Both the position numbers and the translations under genes were made by a program. Below, piece after piece: positions 40,307-50,331 of a stretch of DNA of 64,000 bases. A model generated the notes under the pieces. It saw nothing but the letters and a program-made list of their open reading frames with translations. It was not told the DNA's origin and did no database searches. This stretch comes from Enterobacter phage ZX14. The stretch is taken from the sequence record PP236086.1; one strand, 5' to 3'. How positions within the stretch are numbered: position 1 is the stretch's first letter; each line of letters starts with the position of its first letter.

Positions 40307-41887
40307 ATGGCAGGATTTAATAACGGCATTTTAAGTATTTTTGCTCCTTGGGCAAAAGCCGATGAGAACGAATATAAAGAACAAATTAATAATGACTTGG
40401 AGTCCATCACAGCACCGAAGTTTGATGATGGAGCTCGTGAAATCGAAACGAATGAACGAGAAGTTCCATATAACGCGCTTATGCAACAGATGTTCGGTAA
40501 TAATGAACCGACTCTTAAAAATACGCGTGAACTTATCGACACATATCGCAATTTGATGAATAACTACGAAGTCGATAATGCTGTGGCTAATATTGTTTCA
40601 GACGCTATCGTTTATGAAGATGACCATGATGTAGTGGCTCTTAACTTAGACGGTACCGATTTTAGTCAGAATATAAAGGATCGAATTCTTGACGAGTTTG
40701 GTGAAGTATTAAATTGCCTTCACTTCCAACGTAAAGGTACTGACCATTTCCAACGTTGGTATGTCGACTCTCGTATTTTCTTCCATAAGATTGTCGACCC
40801 TAAAAACCTCAAAGCAGGTATTCAAGAACTTCGTCGTTTAGACCCTCGCCAAATGCAGTTCGTCCGTGAAGTTATCACTAAAGACGAAGCTGGCGTTAAA
40901 ATTGTTAAGGGTTATAAAGAATATTTCATTTATGACACTGGCCATGAAAGCTATGCCTGTGATGGCAGAATTTACGAAGCCGGAACTAAAATTAAAATTC
41001 CAAGATCGGCCATCGTTTATGCCCATTCTGGTTTATTGTCATGCTGTGGAAAAAACATAATTGGTTATCTGCATCGAGCTATTAAGCCTGCAAACCAATT
41101 AAAGTTAATGGAAGATGCTTTAGTAATTTATCGTATTACCCGTGCTCCAGACCGTCGTGTATTCTACATTGACACAGGCAACATGCCTTCACGTAAGGCA
41201 GCAGCACACATGCAGCATATTATGAACACGATGAAAAACCGTGTCGTATATGATGCAACGACCGGTAAAATTAAAAACCAGCAACACAATATGTCTATGA
41301 CTGAAGACTATTGGCTGCAGCGTCGTGATGGTAAAGCGGTAACAGAAGTTGACACAATGCCTGGTGCAACTGGTATGTCTGATATGGATGACGTTCGTTA
41401 TTTCCGTCAGTGCTTATACCGTGCATTACGTATTCCTGAGTCTCGTATCCCTTCAGACCAAAATAGTGGTGTGATGTTTGATGCTGGTGCAACTATATCA
41501 CGTGATGAGTTAGCATTTGCTAAATGGATTCGTCAGCTCCAAAATAAATTTGAGGAAATCTTCCTCGACCCTCTGAAAACCAACCTTATTCTGAAGAAAG
41601 TTATTACAGAAGATGAGTGGGACAAAGAGATAAATAATGTTAAAGTTGTGTTTAACCGTGATAGCTATTTCACTGAAATGAAAGATGCAGAAATCATGGA
41701 ACGCAGAATCAATATGCTAACTATGGCTGAGCCGTTCGTTGGGAAATATATTTCTCACCAAACAGCTATGAAAGATTTCCTTCAGATGTCTGATGAGCAA
41801 ATTAATCAAGAAGCTAAGCAAATTGAATTGGAGTCTACTGAGGCTCGTTTCCAAAACCCAGATGAAGAAGAAGAAGAGGAATTCTAA
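40307..41887 (+). CDS. 20: gp20 portal protein
   Basis: 526 aa (T4 524 aa), with an acidic C-terminus. Confidence 0.9.
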   Translation: MAGFNNGILSIFAPWAKADENEYKEQINNDLESITAPKFDDGAREIETNEREVPYNALMQQMFGNNEPTLKNTRELIDTYRNLMNNYEVDNAVANIVSDAIVYEDDHDVVALNLDGTDFSQNIKDRILDEFGEVLNCLHFQRKGTDHFQRWYVDSRIFFHKIVDPKNLKAGIQELRRLDPRQMQFVREVITKDEAGVKIVKGYKEYFIYDTGHESYACDGRIYEAGTKIKIPRSAIVYAHSGLLSCCGKNIIGYLHRAIKPANQLKLMEDALVIYRITRAPDRRVFYIDTGNMPSRKAAAHMQHIMNTMKNRVVYDATTGKIKNQQHNMSMTEDYWLQRRDGKAVTEVDTMPGATGMSDMDDVRYFRQCLYRALRIPESRIPSDQNSGVMFDAGATISRDELAFAKWIRQLQNKFEEIFLDPLKTNLILKKVITEDEWDKEINNVKVVFNRDSYFTEMKDAEIMERRINMLTMAEPFVGKYISHQTAMKDFLQMSDEQINQEAKQIELESTEARFQNPDEEEEEEF

Positions 41888-42168
41888 TGGACGATTTAAT
41901 TCAAGCTATTAAATCAAACGACCTCGTCGCCGTTCGCAAAGTGTTCGAAGCGCATATGGCACCTGTTGTTTCCAGTTTGATTGAAGCTGAAAAAATCAAA
42001 ATCGCACGTTCTATCATGATTGAAGGCGAAGAGCCTAAAGATGAAGATGATGGCGATGATAAAGACGAAAAGAAAAAGAAAAATAAAGAAGAGTCTGATG
42101 GCAAAGGTGCTGATTCCGGCGGTGACGCTGATGAAGGCGATGACGAAGACGAAGATGAGGACGACTAA
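41887..42168 (+). CDS. 67: gp67 prohead core protein
   Basis: 93 aa with a poly-acidic C-terminal tail (DEDDGDDKDE...DEDEDEDD). Confidence 0.6.
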   Translation: MDDLIQAIKSNDLVAVRKVFEAHMAPVVSSLIEAEKIKIARSIMIEGEEPKDEDDGDDKDEKKKKNKEESDGKGADSGGDADEGDDEDEDEDD

Positions 42169-42597
42169 ATGTATCTTCTCCCTGAAAGCTATGAATTAGT
42201 AACGGAAAATGTTGAAAACTTAATTCCAGAAGCGCAGGGTCGTTTTGATAGTCTTTCTAAAGCACTTGATAAAGCTGATATAAATAAACTTGTAGAGAAC
42301 ATGTTTGAGAGTGGTGATGTCGATTTAGCCATCGCTCTCGGTTCTATTAACGAAGAAATGGCTTTAAACGAATTTATCGTTAAACACGTTTCTTCTCGTG
42401 GTGATATTACGCGTACTAAAGACATTAAAACTCGTCAGCGTAATGCATACCAAACTACAGGTCTTTCTAAAGCTAAGCGTCGTCAAATTGCTCGTAAAGC
42501 TACTAAGACCAAGCGCTCTAACCCATCAACTCAGGTTCGTGCTGAGCGTAAGCGTAAAAAAGCTCGTGCGAAACGTAAAGCATTTGGATTAAGCTAA
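42169..42597 (+). CDS. 68: gp68 prohead core protein
   Basis: 142 aa (T4 141 aa) with a basic C-terminus. Confidence 0.6.
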   Translation: MYLLPESYELVTENVENLIPEAQGRFDSLSKALDKADINKLVENMFESGDVDLAIALGSINEEMALNEFIVKHVSSRGDITRTKDIKTRQRNAYQTTGLSKAKRRQIARKATKTKRSNPSTQVRAERKRKKARAKRKAFGLS

Positions 42598-43232
42598 TGA
42601 ATGAACCCCAACTCTTAATCGAACATTGGGGTCAACCAGGTGAAATTATCGATGGGGTTCCTATGTTGGAATCCTACGATGGAAAAGATACAGGATTAGC
42701 TCCTGGTCTATACATCGAAGGTATTTTCATGCAGGCGGAGAAAGTAAACCGAAATAAACGTCTTTATCCAAAGAAAATTTTGGAAAAGGCCGTAGCCAAC
42801 TATATGGCAGAGCAGGTTGTTACTAAACAAGCTCTCGGCGAATTAAACCATCCACCTCGTGCGAACGTTGACCCTATGCAAGCAGCCATAATTATCGAAG
42901 ATATGTGGTGGAAAGGAAACGACGTATACGGTCGTGCAAGAATTATTGAAGGTGACCACGGTCCTGGTGATAAACTAGCGGCAAATATCAGAGCTGGATG
43001 GATTCCTGGAGTGTCTAGTAGAGGCCTGGGTTCTTTGACAGAAACCAATAAAGGTTATAAGCTGGTAAATGAAGGATATCGCCTGACGGTTGGCGTAGAC
43101 GCTGTATGGGGTCCTAGCGCTCCGGATGCATATGTCAAACCAAAACAAATTAATGAAAGTGCGGAAAATACTTCCGATACTAGTGCCGATGACGCCTACC
43201 TGGCTCTCGCAGAGGCCATGAAAGCGTTATAA
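42597..43232 (+). CDS. 21: gp21 prohead core scaffold protease
   Basis: 211 aa (T4 212 aa), in the conserved position. Confidence 0.85.
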   Translation: MNEPQLLIEHWGQPGEIIDGVPMLESYDGKDTGLAPGLYIEGIFMQAEKVNRNKRLYPKKILEKAVANYMAEQVVTKQALGELNHPPRANVDPMQAAIIIEDMWWKGNDVYGRARIIEGDHGPGDKLAANIRAGWIPGVSSRGLGSLTETNKGYKLVNEGYRLTVGVDAVWGPSAPDAYVKPKQINESAENTSDTSADDAYLALAEAMKAL

Positions 43233-43235
43233 ATA
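43228..43235 (+). promoter_or_regulatory. late promoter TATAAATA (gene 22)
   Basis: Exact consensus upstream of the gp22 start. Confidence 0.55.
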
Positions 43236-43262
43236 TTATTATCTAAACAACAGGACTACAAA

Positions 43263-44090
43263 ATGCTTAAAGAACAACTGATGACCGAAGCGCAGAATAT
43301 TGACGTTTCCGTTGCTCTTGACAGTATTTTCGAATCAGTTAATATTTCTCCAGAAGCTCGTGAGACTTTTGGCACTGTATTCGAAGCAACCGTCAAGCAG
43401 CAGGCTATTAAACTGGCCGAATCCCACATTGAATCCATCGCTGAAAAAGCGGAAGAAAAAGTTGCTAAGGCTAAAGAAGAAGCTGAAGAGAAAGCAGAGA
43501 AAGATATTCAAGAATCTGTTGCTCGCTTCTTAGACCACCTGGGTAAAGAATGGCTGGCAGAAAATAAACTGGCTGTTGACCGTGGTATTAAAGCCGATCT
43601 GTTTGAATCCGTAATGGGTGGCATGAAAGAATTGTTCGTAGAACACAACGTTGTAATTCCAGAAGAAGCTGTTGATGTTGTAGCTGAAATGGAAGAAGAA
43701 CTGGCCGAACAGAAACAAGAAACTGCTCGTCTGTTCGAAGAAGTAACTAAGCGTGATGCATATATCAATTATGTACAGCGCGAAACCGTTCTGGGTGAAG
43801 CAACTCGTGAGTTGACCGAATCTCAAAAAGAAAAAGTTAGTTCTCTGGTCGAAGGTATGGAATACTCAGATTCATTCCCTGCTAAGCTGGACGCTATTGT
43901 AAATATGGTAAAAGGTTCTATTACCGAATCCGGTTCTAATGAAAAACCGATTACCGAAGGTGCTATAAATACACCTGAAGATGATGCTGCAGCTCTGAAC
44001 TTTGTTTCAGAACCGGTCGTCGAACAGGCTCAAAAGCCTGCAATGTCTTTAGCTGACATGGCTGCTCTTGCAGCATCACGTATTTCTTAA
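43263..44090 (+). CDS. 22: gp22 prohead core scaffold protein
   Basis: 275 aa, acidic and coiled-coil (T4 269 aa). Confidence 0.75.
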   Translation: MLKEQLMTEAQNIDVSVALDSIFESVNISPEARETFGTVFEATVKQQAIKLAESHIESIAEKAEEKVAKAKEEAEEKAEKDIQESVARFLDHLGKEWLAENKLAVDRGIKADLFESVMGGMKELFVEHNVVIPEEAVDVVAEMEEELAEQKQETARLFEEVTKRDAYINYVQRETVLGEATRELTESQKEKVSSLVEGMEYSDSFPAKLDAIVNMVKGSITESGSNEKPITEGAINTPEDDAAALNFVSEPVVEQAQKPAMSLADMAALAASRIS

Positions 44091-44110
44091 TTTAACAAGG
44101 TTATTATCAC

Positions 44111-45673
44111 ATGAAAAAGAATGAACTCGTCCAGAAATGGCAGAATCTGTTGGAAAACGAAGCACTGCCGGAAATCGTAGGCGCTTCTAAGCAAGCTATT
44201 ATTGCTAAAATCTTCGAAAACCAGGAAATGGACATCATGAATTCTCCGGAATATCGTGATGAGAAAATCGCTGAAGCATTCGGTTCCTTCCTGACTGAAG
44301 CAGAAATCGGTGGTGACCATGGTTATGACGCTACTAACATCGCTTCTGGCCAGACCTCTGGTGCAGTAACCCAGATCGGTCCAGCAGTAATGGGTATGGT
44401 TCGTCGTGCTATTCCTCATCTGATTGCTTTCGACATCTGTGGTGTTCAGCCTCTGAATAACCCAACTGGCCAGGTATTCGCCCTGCGTGCCGTTTACGGT
44501 AAAGACCCAGTTGCTCCAGGTGCTAAAGAAGCATTCCACCCAATGTACGCTCCAGACGCAATGTTCTCTGGTCAGGGTGCAGCAGGTGCTAACTTCCCAG
44601 CTCTGGCTGCAGGTACTGTAACCGAAGTTGGTAAGATTTATCGTCATGATTTCGTACAGACCGGTACTGCTTATTTCCAGGCTACCGAAGTTGTTACTGT
44701 TGATGCAGCTGCTACCGATGCCGCTAAACTTGATGCAGAAGTTCTGAAGCAGGTTGAAGCTGGTGTGTTCGCTGAAATCGCAGAAGCAATGGCTACTTCT
44801 ATCGCCGAACTGCAGGAAGGCTTCAATGGTTCTAGCGATAACCCATGGAACGAAATGGGCTTCCGTATCGATAAGCAAGTTATCGAAGCTAAATCTCGTC
44901 AGCTGAAAGCTTCTTACTCTATTGAACTGGCACAGGACCTGCGCGCTGTTCACGGTATGGACGCTGATGCCGAACTGAGTGGTATTCTGGCTACTGAAAT
45001 CATGCTGGAAATTAACCGTGAAGTAATCGACTGGATTAACTATTCCGCACAGGTTGGTAAGTCTGGCTTTACTAACACCGTTGGTGCTAAAGCTGGTGTG
45101 TTTGACTTCCAGGACCCTATCGACATCCGTGGTGCTCGTTGGGCTGGTGAAAGCTTCAAAGCTCTGCTGTTCCAGATTGACAAAGAAGCAGCTGAAATCG
45201 CTCGTCAGACCGGTCGTGGTGCAGGTAACTTCATCATCGCTTCTCGTAACGTAGTTAACGTACTGGCTGCAGTTGATACCGGTATTTCCTACGCTGCACA
45301 AGGTCTGGGTCAAGGTTTCAACGTTGACACTACCAAAGCCGTGTTCGCCGGTGTTCTGGGTGGTAAATACCGTGTGTATATCGACCAGTACGCTCCACAG
45401 GACTACTTCACCATTGGTTATAAAGGTGCTAACGAAATGGATGCTGGTATTTACTACGCGCCATACGTTGCTCTGACCCCACTGCGTGGTTCCGATCCGA
45501 AGAACTTCCAGCCAGTAATGGGCTTCAAAACTCGTTACGGTATTGGTATTAACCCGTTCGCTGATAGTGCGGCTCAACAGCCTAAAGGCCGTATCGTTAA
45601 TGGTATGCCTGATATCACTAACAGCCTGGGTAAAAACGGTTACTTCCGTCGCGTGTTCGTTAAAGGTATCTAA
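44111..45673 (+). CDS. 23: gp23 major capsid protein
   Basis: 520 aa (T4 521 aa). Starts MKKNELVQKWQNLLENEALPEIVGASKQAIIAKIFENQE. Highly expressed-gene codon usage. Confidence 0.95.
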   Translation: MKKNELVQKWQNLLENEALPEIVGASKQAIIAKIFENQEMDIMNSPEYRDEKIAEAFGSFLTEAEIGGDHGYDATNIASGQTSGAVTQIGPAVMGMVRRAIPHLIAFDICGVQPLNNPTGQVFALRAVYGKDPVAPGAKEAFHPMYAPDAMFSGQGAAGANFPALAAGTVTEVGKIYRHDFVQTGTAYFQATEVVTVDAAATDAAKLDAEVLKQVEAGVFAEIAEAMATSIAELQEGFNGSSDNPWNEMGFRIDKQVIEAKSRQLKASYSIELAQDLRAVHGMDADAELSGILATEIMLEINREVIDWINYSAQVGKSGFTNTVGAKAGVFDFQDPIDIRGARWAGESFKALLFQIDKEAAEIARQTGRGAGNFIIASRNVVNVLAAVDTGISYAAQGLGQGFNVDTTKAVFAGVLGGKYRVYIDQYAPQDYFTIGYKGANEMDAGIYYAPYVALTPLRGSDPKNFQPVMGFKTRYGIGINPFADSAAQQPKGRIVNGMPDITNSLGKNGYFRRVFVKGI

Positions 45674-45690
45674 TCCTTTTAAAAAATTAT

Positions 45691-45720
45691 GGGAGACTTC
45701 GGTCTCCCATTCTTGTTTCT
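45691..45720 (+). terminator. intrinsic terminator after gene 23
   Basis: GGGAGAC-UUCG-GUCUCCC followed by a U-rich tract. Confidence 0.65.
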
Positions 45721-45727
45721 GTAGCTT

Positions 45728-45735
45728 TATAAATA
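45728..45735 (+). promoter_or_regulatory. late promoter TATAAATA (gene 24)
   Basis: Exact consensus after the gp23 terminator. Confidence 0.6.
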
Positions 45736-45763
45736 ATATTATTATCCACTAAGGAAAAGCGCA

Positions 45764-47044
45764 ATGGCTAAAATCAACGAACTTCTGCGCGAATCAACTA
45801 CAACGAGCAGCATCCAATATGGTCGTCCGAATCTCGTTGCTTTGACACGCGCTACTACCAAATTAATTTACAGCGATATCATCGCGGAACAACGTACTAC
45901 ACAGCCAGTTGCGGCATTGTACGGTGTCAAATATCTTACCCCAGATAATGAATTCAGCTTCGCAACCGGTGCTACTTATGGTGGTCAAGTAGGTTCTAAA
46001 GATAGAGAATCTATTCCTAAGCTGACTTCTAAAGCCCAAAGCATTGCACAGGGCGATTATTTCGTATACGAGAACATTGTTTATAAGGCACTCGAAGCGG
46101 ACCCCCTGGCGGCGACTAACGCAACAGAGCTGGCTGATGCTCTTAAAGAAGCTTTAATCCTTTTAAAATGCCGTTTAGTTCCGGATGCTGCTAGTACTGC
46201 TAAATTCGAAGATAAAGATGTAGAAATCAGCAATGCTGTATTTGAAGTGAATAAATGGAATGCTCCTGTTAAATCACGTAAGCTTAAAACTTCTCTGACT
46301 GTAGAACTTGCACAGGATATGGAAGCCAATGGCTTCGATGCTCCAGCATTCTTAGAAGATTTACTTGCTACTGTCATGGCCGATGAAATTAACAAAGATG
46401 TTCTTCAGTCACTGATTACTGTTTCTAAGCGTTATAAAGTCCAAGGACTTTGTGAGAATGGTATTATTGACCTGTCTTATGATAACTCACCAGAAGCCTC
46501 AAGAAAATTATATGAAGTCGTTTGTGAAATGAACTCTGAAATTCAGAGAACTACTTCATATTCCGGAACGTTTGTTGTTGCCAGTTCTCGTGTGGCTGCA
46601 TTACTTGCAGGTTCCGGTTGGTTAAAACATCGCCCTGAAGATGATGAATGGCTTCCATCTACAGCATATGGCTATCTGACTAATGGACTGCCTGTTTTCT
46701 GTGATGTTAACAGTCCATTAGATTATGTTACGGTTGGTGTTAAAGAAAGTTATGGTGGTAATGAAATCGTAGGTTCTATTTTCTATGCTCCATATACTGA
46801 AGGTCTCGATTTAGACTCTAAAGAACATGTTGGTGCATTTAAAGTTATTGTGGACCCAGATTCTTTACAGCCGTCTATTGCACTGATGGTGCGTTATGCA
46901 TTATCTGCTAACCCATATACCGTAGCCAAAGACGAAAAAGAAGCTCGTATTATTGATGCTACCGATATGGATAAAATGGCTGGCCAGTCTAACATGTCAT
47001 ATCTGCTTGGTGTTAAACTTCCACCTATTATCTACGAGGCATAA
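45764..47044 (+). CDS. 24: gp24 head vertex protein, copy A
   Basis: 426 aa (T4 427 aa), a gp23 paralog fold. A late promoter and a terminator lie upstream. Confidence 0.85.
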   Translation: MAKINELLRESTTTSSIQYGRPNLVALTRATTKLIYSDIIAEQRTTQPVAALYGVKYLTPDNEFSFATGATYGGQVGSKDRESIPKLTSKAQSIAQGDYFVYENIVYKALEADPLAATNATELADALKEALILLKCRLVPDAASTAKFEDKDVEISNAVFEVNKWNAPVKSRKLKTSLTVELAQDMEANGFDAPAFLEDLLATVMADEINKDVLQSLITVSKRYKVQGLCENGIIDLSYDNSPEASRKLYEVVCEMNSEIQRTTSYSGTFVVASSRVAALLAGSGWLKHRPEDDEWLPSTAYGYLTNGLPVFCDVNSPLDYVTVGVKESYGGNEIVGSIFYAPYTEGLDLDSKEHVGAFKVIVDPDSLQPSIALMVRYALSANPYTVAKDEKEARIIDATDMDKMAGQSNMSYLLGVKLPPIIYEA

Positions 47045-47045
47045 T

Positions 47046-48326
47046 ATGGCCAAGATTAATGATTTAATTTACGAATCAACTTTGACCCAGGCGAACAGCT
47101 TGGGTCGTCCTAGCTTGTTGTCTTATACTAAAGCTACAAACAAAAGAATTTTTAAAGCTCTTGTGGCAGAACAACCTACGACACAACCAGTAGCGGCCCT
47201 TTATGGTATCAGAGTTCTGAATCCAGAAGATGAAATGACTTATCTGGGTGGTGCTACTTTTGCCGGTCAATTTGGAATGGGCGAACGTGCTGCTGTCCCT
47301 GAATTAACCGCACTATCAGGTTATTCTAAAGGTGACTTGTTCAAATTTGAATCTGTTATTTTCAAATGCCTTGAAGATAATCCATTTGCCGGAACGACCG
47401 AAACAGATTTAGGCGAAGGCGTATCTGAAGCTATTGCAGCCGGGCATATTCGTATGATGTCTGATGCAGCTGTTACTTCTAAATTTGAAAGTAATACTCC
47501 TGAAATTTCTGAAGCAGGTTTCAGAATTGACAAATGGCAGACTAATGTACGTTCACGTAAGCTTAAAACTTCTTTGACAGTAGAACTTGCGCAAGATTTA
47601 GAAGCTAATGGTTTTAATGCCCCTGATTTCATTGACAATATTTTAGCAATCCAAATGGCAGAAGAAATTAACAAAGATGTTCTTCAGTCACTGATTACTG
47701 TTTCTAGTCGATTTAAGGTCCATGGCGTGTCTTCTAAAGGCGTGTTGGATTTAACTGATGCTCTTTATGATAATGCCCAGGATAGAGCTCGTGCACTTTA
47801 TTACTATATGTGTGAAATGAACTCTGCTGTGCAACGTAATACTTCATTTGCCGGGACTTATGCTGTTGCTAGTTCTCGTTGTGCTGCTATTTTAGCTGCA
47901 TCCGGTTGGGTAGAAAAGAAAGACGATACGGACCCTCTGGCGTATGGTGTGCTTAAAAATGGTCTTCCATTATATGCAGACGTGAATAGTCCTTGTGATT
48001 ATGTTATCGTTGGTGTTAATGAAGATTTAGGCGAAGGACAGACGGTAGCTTCGTTGTATTATGCGCCATATATTGAGGGTGCGGATGGTATTCAAGAAGA
48101 AAGTGATACTCCAGTTGGTTCACACAAAGTTATCGTGGACCCAGATTCTTTACAACCTGTAGTTTCCTTGTTAAGTCGTTATGCATTATCTGCAAACCCT
48201 TATACAGTGGCTAAAGATGAAAAAGAAGCTCGTATCATTGATGGTGGGGATATGGACAAGATGGCAGGTCAAAGCCAATTGAGTTCTTATCTTGGTGTTA
48301 AATTACCACCTTTAGAAAAAGAATAA
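47046..48326 (+). CDS. 24: gp24 head vertex protein, copy B (tandem paralog)
   Basis: 426 aa starting 1 nt after copy A. The two copies align along their whole length (MAKINDLIYEST... versus MAKINELLREST...; both end ...YLGVKLPP). Confidence 0.85.
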   Translation: MAKINDLIYESTLTQANSLGRPSLLSYTKATNKRIFKALVAEQPTTQPVAALYGIRVLNPEDEMTYLGGATFAGQFGMGERAAVPELTALSGYSKGDLFKFESVIFKCLEDNPFAGTTETDLGEGVSEAIAAGHIRMMSDAAVTSKFESNTPEISEAGFRIDKWQTNVRSRKLKTSLTVELAQDLEANGFNAPDFIDNILAIQMAEEINKDVLQSLITVSSRFKVHGVSSKGVLDLTDALYDNAQDRARALYYYMCEMNSAVQRNTSFAGTYAVASSRCAAILAASGWVEKKDDTDPLAYGVLKNGLPLYADVNSPCDYVIVGVNEDLGEGQTVASLYYAPYIEGADGIQEESDTPVGSHKVIVDPDSLQPVVSLLSRYALSANPYTVAKDEKEARIIDGGDMDKMAGQSQLSSYLGVKLPPLEKE

Positions 48327-48348
48327 GGGAGCCAATGGCTCCCTTTTT
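48320..48348. terminator. bidirectional terminator between gene 24B and rnlB
   Basis: GGGAGCC-AAU-GGCUCCC with TTTTT downstream and AAAAA upstream. Confidence 0.65.
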
Positions 48349-48351
48349 AGT

Positions 48352-49353
48352 TTAATTACTTACTAATTCAATCCATACTGGACGAATTACACCTTGGACA
48401 TAAGTCACAAGTTCTTTCTTAACTACATCAGGCTGGTCAGCATCAGTAATAAAGATTTCTTCACGACCTGCTTCTTCCAGAATATCCTGAACAGTCAGGC
48501 CCATAACTTTACCAAAATCTTTAGGACCAATTTGGCCAATTTTACTGATAACGTTGTTTACACGATTCAGAGTAGCGTAAGCCGCTAGAGTAGACAATGC
48601 AACTTTATCTACATCGGTCAGAACAGCTTTAGCTTTGATTGGTTTATCAGATTTTGATTTTTCACTGAACTTAGAGTTCTTACACTTAATAGCAACACGA
48701 GCACCATTAGGGAAGAACTTAGGATAACAAGGCTTCAGAACATAACCTTCTGCGACATTCTTGTTTTCTACTTCAACTTGGAATGGAGTGCTATTAGCTT
48801 CTTTTAGACCATGGGCTTCAATAGCTTTATTATAGCGATGGACAACTACATCCAGGTCATTAGGTAGTTTAGACAATTCATCAAACTTACCACGGCCAAG
48901 CAGTGGGGCTAATTTGAAACCGAAAGTATTACAGATGGTTTCCATCATATAATCGTCTACAAACTGATTCGTGCCTTCGGCGGTCTTGACCAGGATATCG
49001 AATACGTAGAAGTCTTTCTCGCCATAATCGACGCCCTTCTGAATTCCGCCGCCTGCAAACTCACCGAAAATCTGCATCGACGAGCCTTCTTTAATAGTGT
49101 GTTGAACAGCTTTGATACTGTCATTATATTTCTTCAGGATAACAGAATAACCAAAGAAATCTTCTGCAGGCAGGATAGGACCAGTGCGCTTCGCGCATGT
49201 GACTGCGTCACGTTCAATTATGATGGAGAAGTTTGTACCATGAATCTTCTCACGTGCTACCCATGGTTCAGTTACATCAAAACCTGCATTACGAATCTTC
49301 TCAATGAACTTACCATTGTAGTGGTTCTCAAGACTAGAATATTTCTCAAACAT
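48352..49353 (-). CDS. rnlB: RNA ligase 2 (RnlB)
   Basis: 333 aa. [19 protein letters not shown]...EKIHGTNFS...[23 protein letters not shown] matches T4 Rnl2, including the KIHG ligase motif I. Confidence 0.85.
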   Translation of the reverse strand: MFEKYSSLENHYNGKFIEKIRNAGFDVTEPWVAREKIHGTNFSIIIERDAVTCAKRTGPILPAEDFFGYSVILKKYNDSIKAVQHTIKEGSSMQIFGEFAGGGIQKGVDYGEKDFYVFDILVKTAEGTNQFVDDYMMETICNTFGFKLAPLLGRGKFDELSKLPNDLDVVVHRYNKAIEAHGLKEANSTPFQVEVENKNVAEGYVLKPCYPKFFPNGARVAIKCKNSKFSEKSKSDKPIKAKAVLTDVDKVALSTLAAYATLNRVNNVISKIGQIGPKDFGKVMGLTVQDILEEAGREEIFITDADQPDVVKKELVTYVQGVIRPVWIELVSN

Positions 49354-49402
49354 ATATTACCTTATAAATATCATTATAAATTAGAAAGAGAGTAACTAAT
49401 CT

Positions 49403-49433
49403 TCTTACCACCAATCACTCTCAACTTGTAAAC
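49403..49433 (-). promoter_or_regulatory. possible early promoter upstream of rnlB
   Basis: Minus strand reads GTTTAC, about 19 nt, then GTAAGA/TAAGAA. The spacing is less good. Confidence 0.3.
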
Positions 49434-49471
49434 CATTATACCTAATATATCACAAAAATTCTTAAAGCATA

Positions 49472-49843
49472 TTAGAAAACAATTTCGACCCAATCGCCAT
49501 CGCGTTGGTCGTGTTTCCAATTCACCATCACACCATCATCTTGCATCCATTTAGTTAACTGGTCTTTGTATTTCTTTGCCAGAGCTGATGGGTACCAGTT
49601 AAATTGACGTTTACCTTTCTTAGCCTGAGCCAGAAATTCCTGTTCAACTTCATCTTTCGCTTGTTTCAGCTCATCTGTAGCGACAGCGTCCGCCAGGGCA
49701 CCGTAATGAGTAGCCAATGATGTAATACGTGTCTCTTTAGTAGGCGGCTTCAGACCGCCAATAGGATGGCCTGCCTCGTCCCAACCTTGGATACGACGTC
49801 CAAACTGTGGGCCTCTAATCATTTCTTCATTTAATTCAGCCAT
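49472..49843 (-). CDS. hypothetical protein (24.2-position)
   Basis: 123 aa ORF. Confidence 0.45.
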   Translation of the reverse strand: MAELNEEMIRGPQFGRRIQGWDEAGHPIGGLKPPTKETRITSLATHYGALADAVATDELKQAKDEVEQEFLAQAKKGKRQFNWYPSALAKKYKDQLTKWMQDDGVMVNWKHDQRDGDWVEIVF

Positions 49844-50054
49844 TGTAGCCTCTCATCTTTTCAACTAATTTTGTGTGGTCTGTGATAAGACGTTTACGAT
49901 AAACAACACGCTCACGAGTCTTTGCACGTTCTTTTGCTTTTTCAACTTTCATCCATTCCTGCATAGCTTCCTTAGCACTGATACCGAACTGCTTAGCGAT
50001 GTCAATAAAAGTAACACCGTTTTCGTGCATCATATGAATCTTTAATGCTTGCAT
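49836..50054 (-). CDS. small HTH DNA-binding protein (putative regulator)
   Basis: HTH-like VTFIDIAKQFGISAKEAMQEW. Start is taken at the Met after the GAGG SD, which lies inside the hairpin at 50058-50084. Confidence 0.4.
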   Translation of the reverse strand: MQALKIHMMHENGVTFIDIAKQFGISAKEAMQEWMKVEKAKERAKTRERVVYRKRLITDHTKLVEKMRGYNG

Positions 50055-50112
50055 GATTAGCCTCATTTGTTTATGATGAGGCTATTAAATCACGCATTTT
50101 TAAAGCAAGAAA

Positions 50113-50301
50113 TCAATTCTTGGCATTAAGTTTCTTAAAGGCAGAAGACACCCCACCTATGATACACACCAAAGAAATTAATGCTATAAAGACACATAAG
50201 AACGTCCCTATAAGAATCGGCTCGGCTATAGCCATCAATGAAAAGACGAAGACTATAGATGATACGGCTAAAAAGAAAGCATCTTTCACAACTTCTTTCA
50301 T
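50113..50301 (-). CDS. small membrane protein (24.3-position)
   Basis: 62 aa with two hydrophobic segments. Confidence 0.4.
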   Translation of the reverse strand: MKEVVKDAFFLAVSSIVFVFSLMAIAEPILIGTFLCVFIALISLVCIIGGVSSAFKKLNAKN

Positions 50302-50313
50302 AAATCTCCCTAA

Positions 50314-50327
50314 GGGGCCGAAGCCCC
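50314..50327 (-). terminator. UUCG hairpin after hoc
   Basis: Minus strand reads GGGGC-UUCG-GCCCC. The identical element recurs at 51813-51826. Confidence 0.45.
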
Positions 50328-50331
50328 GACG

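Noticed and set aside
41901-42104. 67-aa minus-strand ORF within gp67
   Set aside because: It is the antisense translation of the poly-acidic repeat (it reads as poly-Ser/Phe) and is not a gene.
44087-45577. 496-aa ORF on the minus strand, antisense to the gene 23 major capsid gene
   Set aside because: It lies entirely inside the best-supported gene in the window (gp23, collinear with T4). It has no RBS or promoter and a low-complexity Ser/Thr/Val-rich translation typical of the antisense frame of a highly biased gene.
46953-47045. N-terminal 31-codon extension of the second gene 24 ORF in the track
   Set aside because: The extension lies inside gene 24 copy A in another frame. Homology with copy A starts at the ATG at 47046.
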